From positions 124,001 to 188,000 of the forward strand of contig LSRY02000070.1 in the NCBI GenBank assembly GCA_001643675.2: a DNA stretch of 64,000 bases, in the 5' to 3' direction. Positions 12,501 through 25,800 of this stretch are shown one piece after another. Each line of letters opens with the position of its first letter. The stretch's first letter is position 1. The notes below the pieces were generated by a model, which saw only the letters and a program-made list of their open reading frames with translations, made no database searches and was not told the origin of the DNA. The translations under genes were made by a program, and so were the position numbers. Origin of the DNA: Monocercomonoides exilis PA203 (taxonomy: Eukaryota > Protista > Preaxostyla).

Positions 12501-14616
12501 GTCATTTTGTATTTATGCCCTTCTCTTTCTCTCTCTTTCTTTCTTTCTCTTTCTCTCTCTCTTTCTCTTTCTCTTTCTCTCTGAATTTCCTTCGTTCTGC
12601 TTCTTTTAGCTGGTGAAGCACGGCGAGGCAAAAGATTAGCTACAATCACCTCTGTTAAATCTTCATCATCATCTTCTCCTTCTCCTTCTTCCTCATCACT
12701 GTCTTCTTCTTCTTCTCTTCCTCTTCCTTCTCTCTCTCTCTCTCTCTTTCCTTCTCTATGCCTTCTATGATGATCATAACTGTCTCTATCTCTTTCTCTT
12801 TCTCTTTCTCTTTCTCTCTTTCTTTCTCTCTCATCATCATCTTCTTCTTCTTCTTCTTCTTCTTCTCCTTCACTCCTGCTGTTATCTTCAATATCAACTT
12901 CTACAAAATCATTGCTCATTCTTGTTCCTGTTCCCAATGAGCCATGCCATCTTCCATCTTTTATAAGTTTGTCTGCCTCTTTTTCCCTCTTTCGTTCTCT
13001 CTCTCTTTCTCTCTCTCGTTCTCTCTCTCGTTCTCTTTCTTTCTCCTTCATTTTCTCTCTCTCCCTTTCCCTTTCCTTCTCCCTCTCCCTCTCCCTCTCC
13101 CTCTCTCTATCTCTATCTCTTGAATACATCTTGCTCCTATCTTTCCCTTGAGCAGATGTTTTTTCTCCTCTCATTCCTCCTCTTTTTTCTGCCGGACCAG
13201 AAGAACTTTGTCGTGGGCGCCTTGAATTAACTCCCGCCCCATATTTTGCTCCGGGCGGTTGCAAAATTTGCTTTTGCATTCTTTCTCTTTCTCTATCTCT
13301 CTCTTTCTCTCTCTCTCTTTCTCTTTCTCTTTCTCTTTCTCTCTCCCTCTCCCTCTCCCTCTCTCCTCCTCCCCCTCCCCCACCTCCCCCACCACCTCCT
13401 CCCAGACGAGGGCGTGTGAGGTATATAGCAGTCGCACTTGACCAATCATAGACTGAGTCAAACTCATATCCTTCTCTCGTAAACAGCTCGCGGAAGAGGC
13501 GCCGCAGAAACACGTAGTCTGGCTTGCCGTCAAAGCGGAGGTCTGAATAATAATAATTATTATTATAATAGTGAAGAAGAAAAAGGAAAAGAAGAGAGAA
13601 AGAAAATGAAGAAGAAAAAGAAGAATAAGAATAAGAAGAGAGAAAGAGAAAGAGGGGAAAATTAGGTTGTGCATGAAGCATTGAATAAAAAAAGAGAGAA
13701 ATTATTTGTTGCGGATAATTCAAAAAAAAGAAGTTAATTTTGAAAAGAATGAATTTTTTTTTATATTGAAATGATTGGATTTCAGACTTTGCACACCTCT
13801 GACGTATTTCAAATACATTGCAAATTCACTTGGAAGCCCTTTGCACAACGTTTCAACAGGAATGCTCATCTTCATATCTCCGATCTTCATGTATTTTTCT
13901 CTTCGCGTTTTAGCTTTCGCACCCATCCATGGCAAGCTCCCCGTCAAAAAGTACACAAACATAAATCCAATAGACTCTAAATCATCTCGTCTTGATTGTT
14001 CAATCCCAATGTGTGTGTTGACACTTGCATATCGAATAGTCCCTGTGATTCCTTTTGTTTCGCGGTAAGGGATATGTTGACGAGAATGTTGATCGCGATA
14101 ACGCTTTGCCAATCCAAGATCAATTATGTACACAATGTGCTCTTTTTTCCCTTTACCAATAAGAAAATTATCTGGCTTTATATCTCTGTGAATAAAATCA
14201 CGAGAATGCAGATATTCCACTCGTGTTAGAAGTTGATCAGAAAGCATCAACGTTGTTTTTAGCGAGAACTTTCTTCCACACTTTGTAAAAACATCTTCCA
14301 AGCTTGGACCCAGTAAATCCATAATTAAAACGTTATATTCTCCTTCGGTACCAAACCAACGTACATTTGGGATACCAGCTCCGCCCTGCAGAATTCGATA
14401 AATTTTTCCTTCTGAAATTAGTTGGCCTCGCTTTTCTTTAGCCACTTCGATTTTTGCTGCAATTTCTTCTTTCGTATCGAGAACAATTCCTTTGTAAATT
14501 TCTCCAAATGCACCAGATCCGATCTTATTACCGGTAAAAAGAAGATATTTTCCAGCAACGATCCAATCACCTTGTTCTCCAAAAGAACATCCTGCCCTTT
14601 GAGGGTATGAAATCAT
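5852..14616 (-). CDS. Casein kinase 1 family kinase with very long low-complexity C-terminal tail (~2,836 aa if there is a single intron); exons 14616-13797, 13542-5852
   Basis: Motifs [46 protein letters not shown] and SRRDDLES. Intron 13543-13796 (GTGTGC..TTCAG) joins KYVR to [17 protein letters not shown] in frame, and the frame stays open to TGA at 5852-5854. Confidence 0.9.
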
Positions 14617-14902
14617 AGTATATAATTGTACACCTCTAGCGTGTAGAGAAAAGTGCTCTAACGCCTAATATTGAAAGGTGACAAATATAATATGATCTTA
14701 TCCCATCCTTAACCATGTTTGTTTTTTAAACATTTTTTTGACAGACGAAAATAAGTTCAAACAAGGATATATTTTTATCTTGCAATTGTTTATAATAATT
14801 TTTCATCAGAAAACAAATTCGATATCTGCTTTTTAATAAGTTTAACTGAAAAAAAAATAATTTTAATAAATTATTTTTTGAGTAAAATGAAAATTATTTC
14901 CG

Positions 14903-14950
<48 letters not shown>
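14903..14950. repeat. A48 homopolymer upstream of the CK1 gene
   Basis: Uninterrupted run of A about 290 bp upstream of the CK1 ATG. Confidence 0.95.
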
Positions 14951-14952
<2 letters not shown>

Positions 14953-15704
14953 TGAATTAATTATGCTCGAATATGTTTCGAATGCCTATAACTTTCGAAT
15001 TTTAATGACTTCAAAACTGTTTGGTTTTTCGAATGTTCAGAAGGAATTTCATTTTTGCTTCAAAAAAAAAAAGAAATGAAAGAAATGAAAAGAAAAGAAA
15101 AAACCTTTAAAAAGTCATGTTTCTTTTGAAAGATAAAAGAATAAGATAACTTCATTGCAAATGTTACAAAATTTTCATAAGTTGAATTCATTTTCAGAAT
15201 CTTTTTTTTTTTCTGGAAAAAAAAAATCAATTTCAAATTTTTTTTGCTTGTTTTTTAAATTATTTAAATAAAAAATTAAAAGCAGCATCAACGCAAGAAA
15301 TGAGTTACAGTTGATCTTTTTCAAAAATAAATGATAAATAAATATGCACAATTTCAAAAAAGAAAATGCACTCAAATTGTGATGAAAGCGAAATGAAAAA
15401 TTAGTGATCAATTGTATGAAAATTGTTGATATATGGGAGCTTTTCATAAAAAAAGATCCATATTATGAACAATAAAAAATCAAAAATAAAAAGCCTAAAG
15501 GCTTCAAAACCAAAAGAAAAGAATGGAAAACTTAAAATAACAATCAAAATTATAACAATATCAAATTAAATAGCAAAAATCAACTTGTAAATAACAGGAT
15601 GAAAAAAACAAAATACAAAAAATAAAAAGCAAAATGTGAATAAATAAATAAATAAATAAATAAATATCTGAATATCTGAATATTTGAATAATATCCATAA
15701 CGTT

Positions 15705-17003
15705 TTATTTAGCAAAAAAATCAGCTAAATTAGTGGATAAATAAATGCATTTTGTGTAAAATAGAATTCCGTAGAAGCCAAAAATTGCATCTTCGTAGCC
15801 TTCTTCCTCTAATCTGTCCAATATCTTTCTTTTTGTTACAAACAATTTTTCCCCTTTATTTGCCTCATCGCTTATTCCATTCAATCTTCTTTGCAGCCTC
15901 AAAAAAAACATCAGACGGCGTTCTGCGGAATAATTCTCCAGTGTTGTTTGCAAAGTTTCCTTCAAAACCAAATCGACCACACCTCCATACAGCAAGTCAT
16001 CCATACCCACATTCTCTGCCTTCACCATGATGTAGAACAAATTGGCTGATTCGTTGCTGATTTTCTTGTAGTTGCTCTTCGACGCTCTGTACAGCCTGAC
16101 AACGCACTCACTCAGCCCAACATACTCTTTTTCTCTCATTCCACCTTTTTCAAAATATGCCCTCAGCGTCTTGCACCATCTCTTGATGATTACCAGCTCT
16201 TTCTTTTCTTTTCCTCTTTTAGCCTTCTTCTTCCAGTCCACACACCTCCGCAGCTCTTCCAGTTCCCTTGTTGCTTCACTCACAAAGTTCAGCTTGCTCA
16301 AAAAGCTGTCTATGAAACCTCTTTCTTCATTCAACCTGTTTATAAGAAACATCCAAGCAGACTGATAGGCAAGATGTGTGAGATTTCGATGCTTCTGATG
16401 ATATTTAATGATTTCTATCGCCTCCTCTTGCCATAGTTCTCTTTCCACGTTCTATTTGAAAATAAATAAATAAGAAAATTATTTCAAGATTGGTTTCAGA
16501 ATGCATACCATCTTCTCATTCAAGTTACTCAAAGCTAGTAATGCAATTTCCACTTCTTTTTGTTTTTCCTCGCTTTCCTCTTTTGACAACGCAACTTTCA
16601 ATAGGTAGGGAACACAAATTCGAAGCACTTCCGTTGGAGCTAAAAAAAAGCAAAAAGCAAGATAGCATTCACAAAGATCAATCAACAGTTTCTCATTCTT
16701 CAATAATCTTTTATCCTCTTCGTCTACAATCATCTTCTCAAATCTTTCACGCAATAAAGAATAACAAAATACGTTGCTCCAAAGTTCTTTCATAACATTA
16801 CAATATCCAATTTGCTTTAGCAACAAAAAAGCATTTTCAATTGACAATGTCTTTCTTTCTATAAGTTCATTCAGTTCATCAAAAAAATCTTCGGTCATAA
16901 TAGAATTCAATTCCTCTCTATCCATCTCATCTATCAACGAGTCCAACCCTTCAATTTGTAAATTTTGAACAACAGATGAACAATGATAATTCTTTATAAA
17001 CAT
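15705..17003 (-). CDS. Uncharacterised alpha-helical multigene family member A ('QKEVEIALLAL / LEEEGYED' family); 5' end uncertain
   Basis: ORFs 16479-17087 and 15705-16448 are joined by a phase-0 intron 16452-16508 (GTATGC..ATAG). Shares LLKQIGY, PYLLKVAL..QKEVEIALLAL, HRNLTHLAYQSAW, ELEEL..CVDWK and LEEEGYED with paralogs at 34469 and 37778. Confidence 0.75.
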
Positions 17004-17617
17004 TTCTAAAAATATAAAACATAAATTATTGCGTTTCAATAGCTGAAAAATATATGTGCATACTCGAGAACTTTTCGGGCCTTGCAATCTTTAGCGCACA
17101 TTTTTGTTTACAAAGAGCGTTTTAATGAATTTTTCAAGAAATGCCGAGTCACATTCAAATAAACATCAAAAATAAAATGTAAAAAATCTCATTTATGAAA
17201 AAATGATAAAAGCTATTATAACTTGCTTTTGCTTCCGTAGCATCCAACTTTTAAGTTGAAGAAAACTTCGCAATGTTTAAATTGACATATAATTTTATAT
17301 ATTTCATGATCAAATTTTTATTTTTGGAATCGTTTTTTCTGATAAATAAATTAATTTATCATTATTTTTATTCAGATTTTGAAAAAAACATAAGACTTGG
17401 GTGAAAGTCGATAAGATCGACACCCTTGAAAATCGTTGAAACAACAAAAAAATTAAAATAAAATATGGCTGATGCTTTTTGAAATCACACTTTCTTTCCA
17501 GTTTTGATAAAAATTTTGTTCTCAATGGGATTTGTGTCAAAATTTGTATTTGTAAAAAAAGCAATATCAAAAACAACGTGTATTTTCAGTTTCGCAATAT
17601 TTTTCAAATGGCAAAAG

Positions 17618-18008
17618 GGTATTACAGTTTGAGCAAAAAATTCCGGACAAGATCGATTTCTCAATAATCGCAAGAAGAAAAATTCTGATAATTTTCCATA
17701 AAATACATCTCGTCAATACAAATTCACATGTCATACAAGACTTTTAAAATCACCTCATTCGCACTCAGAGAAAATTAATTTTTATATTACGGAGAAATAA
17801 AATTTTGAGTTTTTCTGAAATTTTTAAAATAATTTTCTCTGAGTACGAATGAGGCGATTTTAAAAGTCTTGTATGACACGGGAATTTGTATTGACGAGAT
17901 GTATTTTATGGAAAATTATCAGAATTTTTCTTCTTGCGGTTATTGAGAAATCGGTCTTGTCCAGTATTTTGTGCGATGTCCCGTATTTTTATGCACAAAC
18001 TGTAAACC
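17618..18008. mobile_element. Foldback / MITE-like near-perfect palindrome (391 bp)
   Basis: Arms 17645-17777 and 17830-17962 are reverse complements (133 bp, 6 mismatches by hand count) around a 52-bp spacer. Looser symmetry extends to GGTATTACAG.. at 17618 and ..CTGTAAACC at 18008. No convincing TSD. Confidence 0.75.
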
Positions 18009-18169
18009 GGAACATACAAGAACACTTCCAATCTATTAATCACAATTTATGATAAGTAATTATGCTATTTTGACTTGTAAATTTTGTGCGGAAACTCGTT
18101 TCAAAAATTTTTGAAAATTTTATGATCAAAAAATTTTTCTTAATTTTAGGGAATGATCAACATTTTTTC

Positions 18170-19225
18170 ATGGCTGAACCAAATTTGATCTTGAAAGATA
18201 GAACAATTTCATTGATGAATCGCTCATTTTATGACGAAGAGAAAGCATGGAATTGGTATTTCACAGTGCTGCGAGATGGAATTGCACCAATTTGTCGAAT
18301 TCACAAAATAGAAAAAAATTGCAGAATGGAAGAAGGATACAGATATTGGATATGTCCCAGATGCAGAAAATTCAAAAGTTCCGTTCATGAAGGAACAGTA
18401 TTCGAAAATATGAAAAAGCCCCTTGGAATTACTCTGCTTGTATTACTATATCTCTGGTTGAAAATCCCAATCAAAACTGTGTCAATGTTATTGTCCGTGA
18501 ACAGAAAAACTATATCATATAGGGCTAGTATATTGAGATGCTGTTGCATGCGGATTTGGAACAGAAACCAGCACAAAATCGGAAGAGAGGGGAAGATTGT
18601 GGAGATAGACGAAGCAGTCTGGAGAAGAAGGAAATACCATAAAGGAAAAAAGAAGAAATTAATTAGGATTTTTGGAGGAGTCGAAATTTTGGAAGGTGGA
18701 GGAGCAGGTGATAGATTTATGATGATAGTACCAGACAGAACCAAAGATACACTGATTCCAATAATTCTTGATCACATTAAATTCGGAACAAAGATATATT
18801 CTGTCGATTGGAAAGCTTACCAATGTTTGAGAACGTCGAGTTATATGCATGAAACAGTCTGCCACAAGCGTGAATTCTTCAATAAAAAGAATAAGGCTTG
18901 CAGAAACACAATTGAAAAGGTTATGAAAGCATTTAAGGTCGATTTTTCCTCAGCTTGGCTGAGAATAAGATTTCTCTCCGATCAGATTGAAATGCTTTTG
19001 GTTAAAAGTTCGTTTGAGCTTCAGTTTGAAGATGTGATGAAAGAATTGATTCGTTATGAACCTGTTGAATTGATTGAAGAGGAAAATGAAATTATTGAAG
19101 AAATAATTGAAGAAGAAATCCCAGATGCAGATGATATTCTTCCTGAAATTGAAGAAGATAATGATTTAGATCCATTTGGAGCAGGTGACGGAGAAAGTTC
19201 GACTGAATATAGCCCTTCAGAATAA
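18170..19225 (+). mobile_element. Merlin / IS1595(ISXO2)-like DDE transposase, probably inactive
   Basis: Zn-ribbon-like CRIH..CPRC, KIG..GKIVEIDE, RKYHKG, IFGGVE, VPDRTKDTLIPII..HI..GTKIYSVDWKAY, HETVCH and NTIE, followed by an acidic tail. The second catalytic Asp position reads Val. Confidence 0.85.
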
Positions 19226-19802
19226 TTTTTCATAACATTTTCAAATAGTTTTTTCAATATACATATATATATATAAATATCATGTCCCAGAATGATTTTT
19301 AATAAATTTGAAAATTTTTTATTTCAACACAGAATGATTTCCTCACTCTGACATTTTGAATGAATAAATATAATACTATGATAGATACTTTTATCATTAA
19401 ATAAAGCCAATTCTGATGTACCGACTTAGTACACATTTGCTAAAATTTGTTGTGAAGAAATGGAAATGAACAAAAAAAAGTGATAAATCCATTTCCTTTT
19501 ATCAAAATATCAATTTTTCTTAAATTTTGAAATCCTTTCAAAAGAGATTTTTCTGATAATAAAATTTCTACAAAAAGTTTGTCAAATTATCATTTCTTTC
19601 TTTGGCTTTTGCAATCAAGAGAGAGCGTCAAACTATGAAGAATATTCTCAAGCAAATGACAATAAATTCGGTTATTGTTTGTTCTGCGTGATTATTATAA
19701 AAGATTACCAATAAATGTTTTTTATCAAATTTTCAACTGGTCAAAAAAAATTCTTCAACAAAAAGGATAAAAAATATTTTGTTTTATTAAATTTAAATTC
19801 AA

Positions 19803-22800
19803 ATGAAGCTGCGTTTATTTTAATTAACGAACTTTGTCTGACTTAAATAAATTTGGTAAGAATTATTCAAAGCCCATAATTATTAATTAAATAATCCTCG
19901 AATAAGAAATAAAGTTTATTGCTTTTAATACAGTGATAATGTTGCTAGGAATGGTGATATCTGTTTACTGTATTAAATTGCATTGCGGGAATCTCGTTGT
20001 CACAAAAGGAGTCTCAATCTTTGTTGGAGAAAACATGATAGAAGAAGAAATGATTGAAATGAATGGAAATCAGGTTCTGATAAATAAAAATCCTTCAAAT
20101 GATGAATTTATTAATAATGAAGAAGATTGTGGAAGATCGATTGAAAATAAAAAGAGAAGTGAAATTGACGGAAGAGATTTTGTCAAAGATGATGAAAACA
20201 ACAAAGAAGAATACATAAGAGAAATAAGAACATTGAAGAAATCTAATATTTGCCAATCCAGTGAAATAGAGGGTCACTTGGAATACTTCAATTCATCAAT
20301 CATGGCAATAAGCCTGATGATGAGAGAAAAAGGATCAAAAAGGATTCTCATTGCAAAAAAAGGAAGCATTATTTTGATGAAAGAATGCATTCTTTTTGTT
20401 GAGCAGCATTCTCCTCCGATGGAACTGGACGGAAGCTTTGGGTCATTTGTGAATATTTCCTTGAGGTCAAATGCTGAAGGTTTGAATATATTTCCTCCGC
20501 TTTTCACTTCTGAACAATTAGACAATATCATTTCGAAGTCTTCCATTGTTATGTTTGGTGAATCTCATTTCTCTTCATTTTGTGTTTCTTCAGCTCCATT
20601 TATCTCATCGCCATTCATACTCCTCGTTTCGCTCACCCAGCTGACCTTCTTCAACATCTCCACAAAGTCACCGAAAGCTTCGCATCTGGGTGAAGGGCCG
20701 AGCCAAACATCATTTCTGATGAGTGGGTGCTCATTTTCATCAGTGTGGGATGTGTATGATGGAGGAATTGTCACCTCACTCAATAGCCCCTCATCTTCAT
20801 TGGCTGCCTCAAATACTTCATTTATCAGGTGTTATAGGTCAGGGAATGTTGAAATCAGCGGGAGTAAAGGGAATCCATCGAAACCTGAAAGACAGAAAAT
20901 TTCCACGGATTTTATAAATTCGTTCACTTGGTGCGTATGGAATGGATCGAATACAACAGGAAACAGTGATTCATGGACAGACGGAATATCGAGTGGAGGG
21001 GCTGTTTGCATGTCCAATCTGGAAAATGGGAAACTTTCTGCTACTCATTGTGTATTTAATGAATGCTCCGCGCATTGGTGCGGCGGAGGTATTAGTTGCT
21101 ATAATATTAAATCGGTTGAGATTGCAAATAACACCTTCGATTTATGCGTTGCACAAAATTATTTGGGAGGAGGTGTATTCATTTATGTGATTTCATCATG
21201 CTTTCGGATCAGCGGGTGTGACTTCCAGAAATGCAAAGCTGAAGAGCGTGGAGGAGGACTTTTTCTTGAAAATTTTAATGTTTCAGGATCAGGATGTATT
21301 GGAGATGAAAAAGGAGGAGGGGAGAGTGCGTGTGTGTTTAACAGCAGTTTCGTTTCATGTACAGTTACAAAAACACTTGGTGGAGGAATGTATTGTTACA
21401 GACCTCCTGTTGCTCTCAAAACGATGAGCATTCAGTTCATTTCATGCAATACATTGTCATGCGGAGGAGGCTTGAGCTTCGACCATCGAATGACAACAGC
21501 ACAAAAAGATGGACATAATTTTTTCTTTTTATTTTTTCATGAATGCAAATGCAGAGATATAACTAATCCATATGGACATGATGTATATTACGTGGACTAT
21601 GACAGTTCACATTTACACTCAAACCCATTTTATGAATGCTGTACCACAAGCACGGACGATAAGAGGATTTGCTATGCATATCATACATCAGATTCTTGGG
21701 TTTATGACCAAATATCGAAAAAAGATTGGTTGAAAGATAAGATGATATACGTGTCAGTGAATGGAAATGATGAGCATGTGCTGTGTGGAGCAAACACAAC
21801 ATTTCCATGTTTGACAGTGAAGAAGGCATTTGAGATGTGTGAGGTACAGATTAGCTTGATAATCACGCTGCTGGAAGGGAATCATCAAAGTGAGGCAATA
21901 ACTATTGAGATTGGAGCAAAGAAGATTTCGGTTATTGGGATAGGCAAAGAGAAGAGTTCGATCGAAACAGGAGCACTTTTATCTTCAGGTGCTCTGTTCA
22001 GTGTTTCGACGGGACATTTGGGAATGAGTCATTTGAAAATTGATTGTTACTCAATAGCAGAAACTTCACCAAGTGTTGTTGTGGTTTCTGATGGGAGTGG
22101 GTCACTCTCATTGGAGGATGTTGTGATCACCACGAGCAAAACAGGAGAATATGTGATGTCATCGTCAGTGCTTGTGGTGCCACTGTCACAGCTGTCGATG
22201 GTTGATGTGGAGATCAAAGATATGAATGTCTCAAAACCATTGTTCTCTGAGCCGAATCTCTCTTCTTCTTCTTCTTCTTTTTCAGTTTCTTCATTGCCGT
22301 CATCTGCACTGTATCTGACAGCCACAGCATCAGGAGATAGCGTGCTGGCGAATGTGAAGGTGATGAATGTGAAGTTGACTGAAGGAGATGGGGCGGTTGT
22401 GGCAAAGAGCGTGAAGGCTGGAGAGACGTTTGTGGTCAAGAATATGACAATCGAAGAATGCGAGTGCAAGGCTGGAAATGGTGGTGGGATCAAGGTCGAG
22501 TTGAAATCATCAAGCAAGTTGCAGGTTGAAACATTAACAAAATTCAGCAAATGCAAGTGCAGCGGATATGGAGGAGGGATGATGCTGCATCTGGCTGATA
22601 ACTCGCACGACTTCTCGATTGTGTCTGTTGACTTTTCAGGCTGCACTGCAATGCTTGGAGGAAATTATGCGTTTGTTAATGGGAGCAATTCTGCAAGCTG
22701 GGGAATAACAACAGAAAAGCTGAATGTCCAACATGACAATTCGAAATACAATGAGCTTGTGGGATATGATCGGAGTGACACAACAATGGGGCTGTTCCCA

Positions 22801-25800
22801 CTGAATGTGTATTTGGACAGGTATCCGAATGCAGCACATGTGGGGAAGGGGAAGGATGGGCTGGGAGGATACGACTCGCGGTTCTGTGGGTTTGACTATT
22901 ATCCGTGTGCCACCATCACCCATGCAGCGCAGACGCGTTTTTCAGGGGGAAATAAAAAAATCGAATTAGATTCAGGATTTGAACTTTCCGAAGAGGTTTC
23001 GATGGCAGGGTCATATGAATGGGAGGTGTATTGTGGAATTAACAAGACGAATGTGAATGTGAAGGTTCCGAGTGGAATGACATCTTCGTATTTGATAAAT
23101 GTTCAGAGTGCAAGTTCAATCAAGAACATTGCGTTCCAAATTCCATTTTCGTTATCGAGTGCAACATCGCTCATTGCTTTAACCAGCTCATCACTCACAC
23201 TCACAGACTGTTCAGTTGCTCATTCCTCAGAGAGCACATCGAGTGTGACCTTTGGATATAGCATTGTAAATGCGCAGAACGGGAATCTGAAAATGGATAG
23301 ATTTGTGATTGAGGAAGGGCTGACATTCGATGATCATTCAGCGATTGAATTTTGTGAAGGAATTACAAGTGTGATTTGTTCAGGATGCAATATCAGTGGA
23401 CTCAAAAGGAATGAGGGAGATGGAGGATGGATAAAAGGAACAGTTGGAGGGAGTGGAACGTTGACTGTTGATGGATGCAATGTGAATGGGTGCAGTTGTG
23501 TTAGTGGAAAGGGAGGAGGAATATATGTTGTATTGAAGGGAAATGGGAAAGTGGTTGTGAGTGGAACGAGTGTGATTGATGGGAATAAGGCAGAGAATAA
23601 AGGAGAGAATGGAGGGGGAGGTGGAGGGATGTTTGTGTTGATGGAGAGTGGGGGATGTGGATTGACAATTGGGCAGAATGTTCAGTTTTCGAAAGTGAAT
23701 GGGAATGTTGCAGAATATGGGAAGGATGTGTTTATTGATTGTGGGAGTGGAGTGTTTTTGGAATCAAAAGTGAATACCAGCTCATTTTCATTTTTTGACA
23801 CAAGCACCATTCCATCAGATGTGTTGAGGTTGAGTGGGAGTGAAAATGGGGATGAAAATGAAGTTATTCCACTGTTTGTGTATTTGTGCACAATGGGGAC
23901 AAAAGTGCTTGTTGATGGGAGTGGAGGAAATGGGATGGATCACAATCATTGTGGATTTGATGCATTCAGGTGCCAGACAGTTGATTATTGTGCAAACTCA
24001 AGATTGAGTGAAAGTTTAAAAGAAATTGAGGTTATTTCATCTTCTTCAATAAATGATGAAATTGAATTTTCTTTATTTGATGTGAGTGTTTCAGGCAGAA
24101 TAGCATTATCAACATCAGAGGGAGAGAGGATGGAAGTGAATGTGAGTGATGGAGGATCAGCTACACAAGATTGGCTTGTTGGATGTTCGAGTTCACTGAC
24201 AATGAGCAGACTTTCATTTGTTGTGAAAGGTCAGTTGAATTGGAGGAGAAGTTCATTCATTCACTCAACATCAACAATCAACATAACAAACTGTTCAGTC
24301 TCATTTGAAAGTGGGGCATTGACCGATGGAATGATAGGATATCATGCGATAAACATTGAGGGAGGGAATCTGATTGTTGATGGATTTGTGATGGAAAGTG
24401 GAGCGACACTGAAGATGAATGGGAAATCACCAATAACGATGACAAGTGGAGTGCAATTGGAGATTTTGAATAGCAGAGTGAGTGGAGTGGAGGTGGAAGT
24501 TGCAGGTGGAAGTGGAGGAGGGGGATGTTTGAATGCTGGGATGGGCGTTAATGGGAATGTGAAATTGGAGGAATGCAATTTGTCCTCCACATGCTCAGGT
24601 GGAAGTGGGATGAAAGGGGGAGGGATGACGATATCAGTGGGGAAGGGAGGGAGGTTGGAAATGAAAAATGTGAAACATTCAGGATGTGAAGTACCAAGAG
24701 AGGATGTTGAGGAAGGAGGAAGAGGAATTGGAGGAGGGATGTTTGTCAAGCTGCCAGAAGAGATGGGATCATTTGTGATGGAAGGAATGGAATTTGAGGG
24801 ATGCGATGCCTGGAAAGGGAAGAATATGTTTCTGTCTGGATGGGATCTGAGTGAGATTGCGAGCAAGGAGCACTTGAGATGGGAGATGAGTTCAGAGGAG
24901 TTGAAGTCATTGGATGAATTGTGTGGATGGGAGAGGAAGACAACCGGAGAGGAGGGATATGTGATTCCGCTGGCTGTGTATTTGTGGTCTAATTGGAGTG
25001 GGAATGGGTTTGCTTCGAAAGATGGAGGAGGAGATTTCAGTGGATGTGGATATTCCGAAGTACCATGTTCATCAATTGATCACTTGATATCACTGAGATA
25101 CGAATCACTTGATGAAGGTGAATCATACATCAGCATTGTGAATTCTGGATTGTTGAAACATTCCATATCATTTTCATCTTCTTCTTCATCGCCACCGGCT
25201 TCACCAGATTCAGAGTCACAAAAAGTGGTGATTGAAGGAACAAGGAAAGGCACAGCAGTGATTGAAAGCAATGAAGATGAGAACGATGCAAATGGCAGTC
25301 CATTAATTTCATCTGGTGTGAGTCTAACACTGGCAAATTTATCATTCTCAAATCCAAATCCAAACAGTCATCATGAGATATTGATCGAATCATCAGGAGC
25401 AAACATCTGTTTGTCAGTCGTGGATTGCTCATTTGGCTCATTAAATGGAATGGCAGACGAAGGATTATGTGTGATGAAAGTGAATGGAGGGAGAGTTATT
25501 GTTCAAGGGTGTTTGTTGGATGCGGTTGACAAATTGAAAGGGTTCATCGCTTTCAGTGCAACAGCAACAAGGGAGGTGATTGTGGAGGATGTGAACATCT
25601 CGAATGTTGGGGTGAAGGAGAGAAGTCTGATGTCGATGTTTGAGGATGAACAGACGAATGGGATGAAAGCAAAAAGAAAGACAAATGGAGGGGAAAACGG
25701 GAATTCAAACAACGAAAAAGTGGTGATAAAAGTGAATGGGTCTTCGTTCACAAACATCACAAATGGAGAACACAGAGCAGGGATGTTGAATGTGGATTCG

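Noticed and set aside
1000-13500. Numerous poly-Leu/Glu/Lys/Arg/Phe ORFs in alternative frames and strands
   Set aside because: Shadow ORFs of TCT/GAA trinucleotide repeats inside the two kinase genes.
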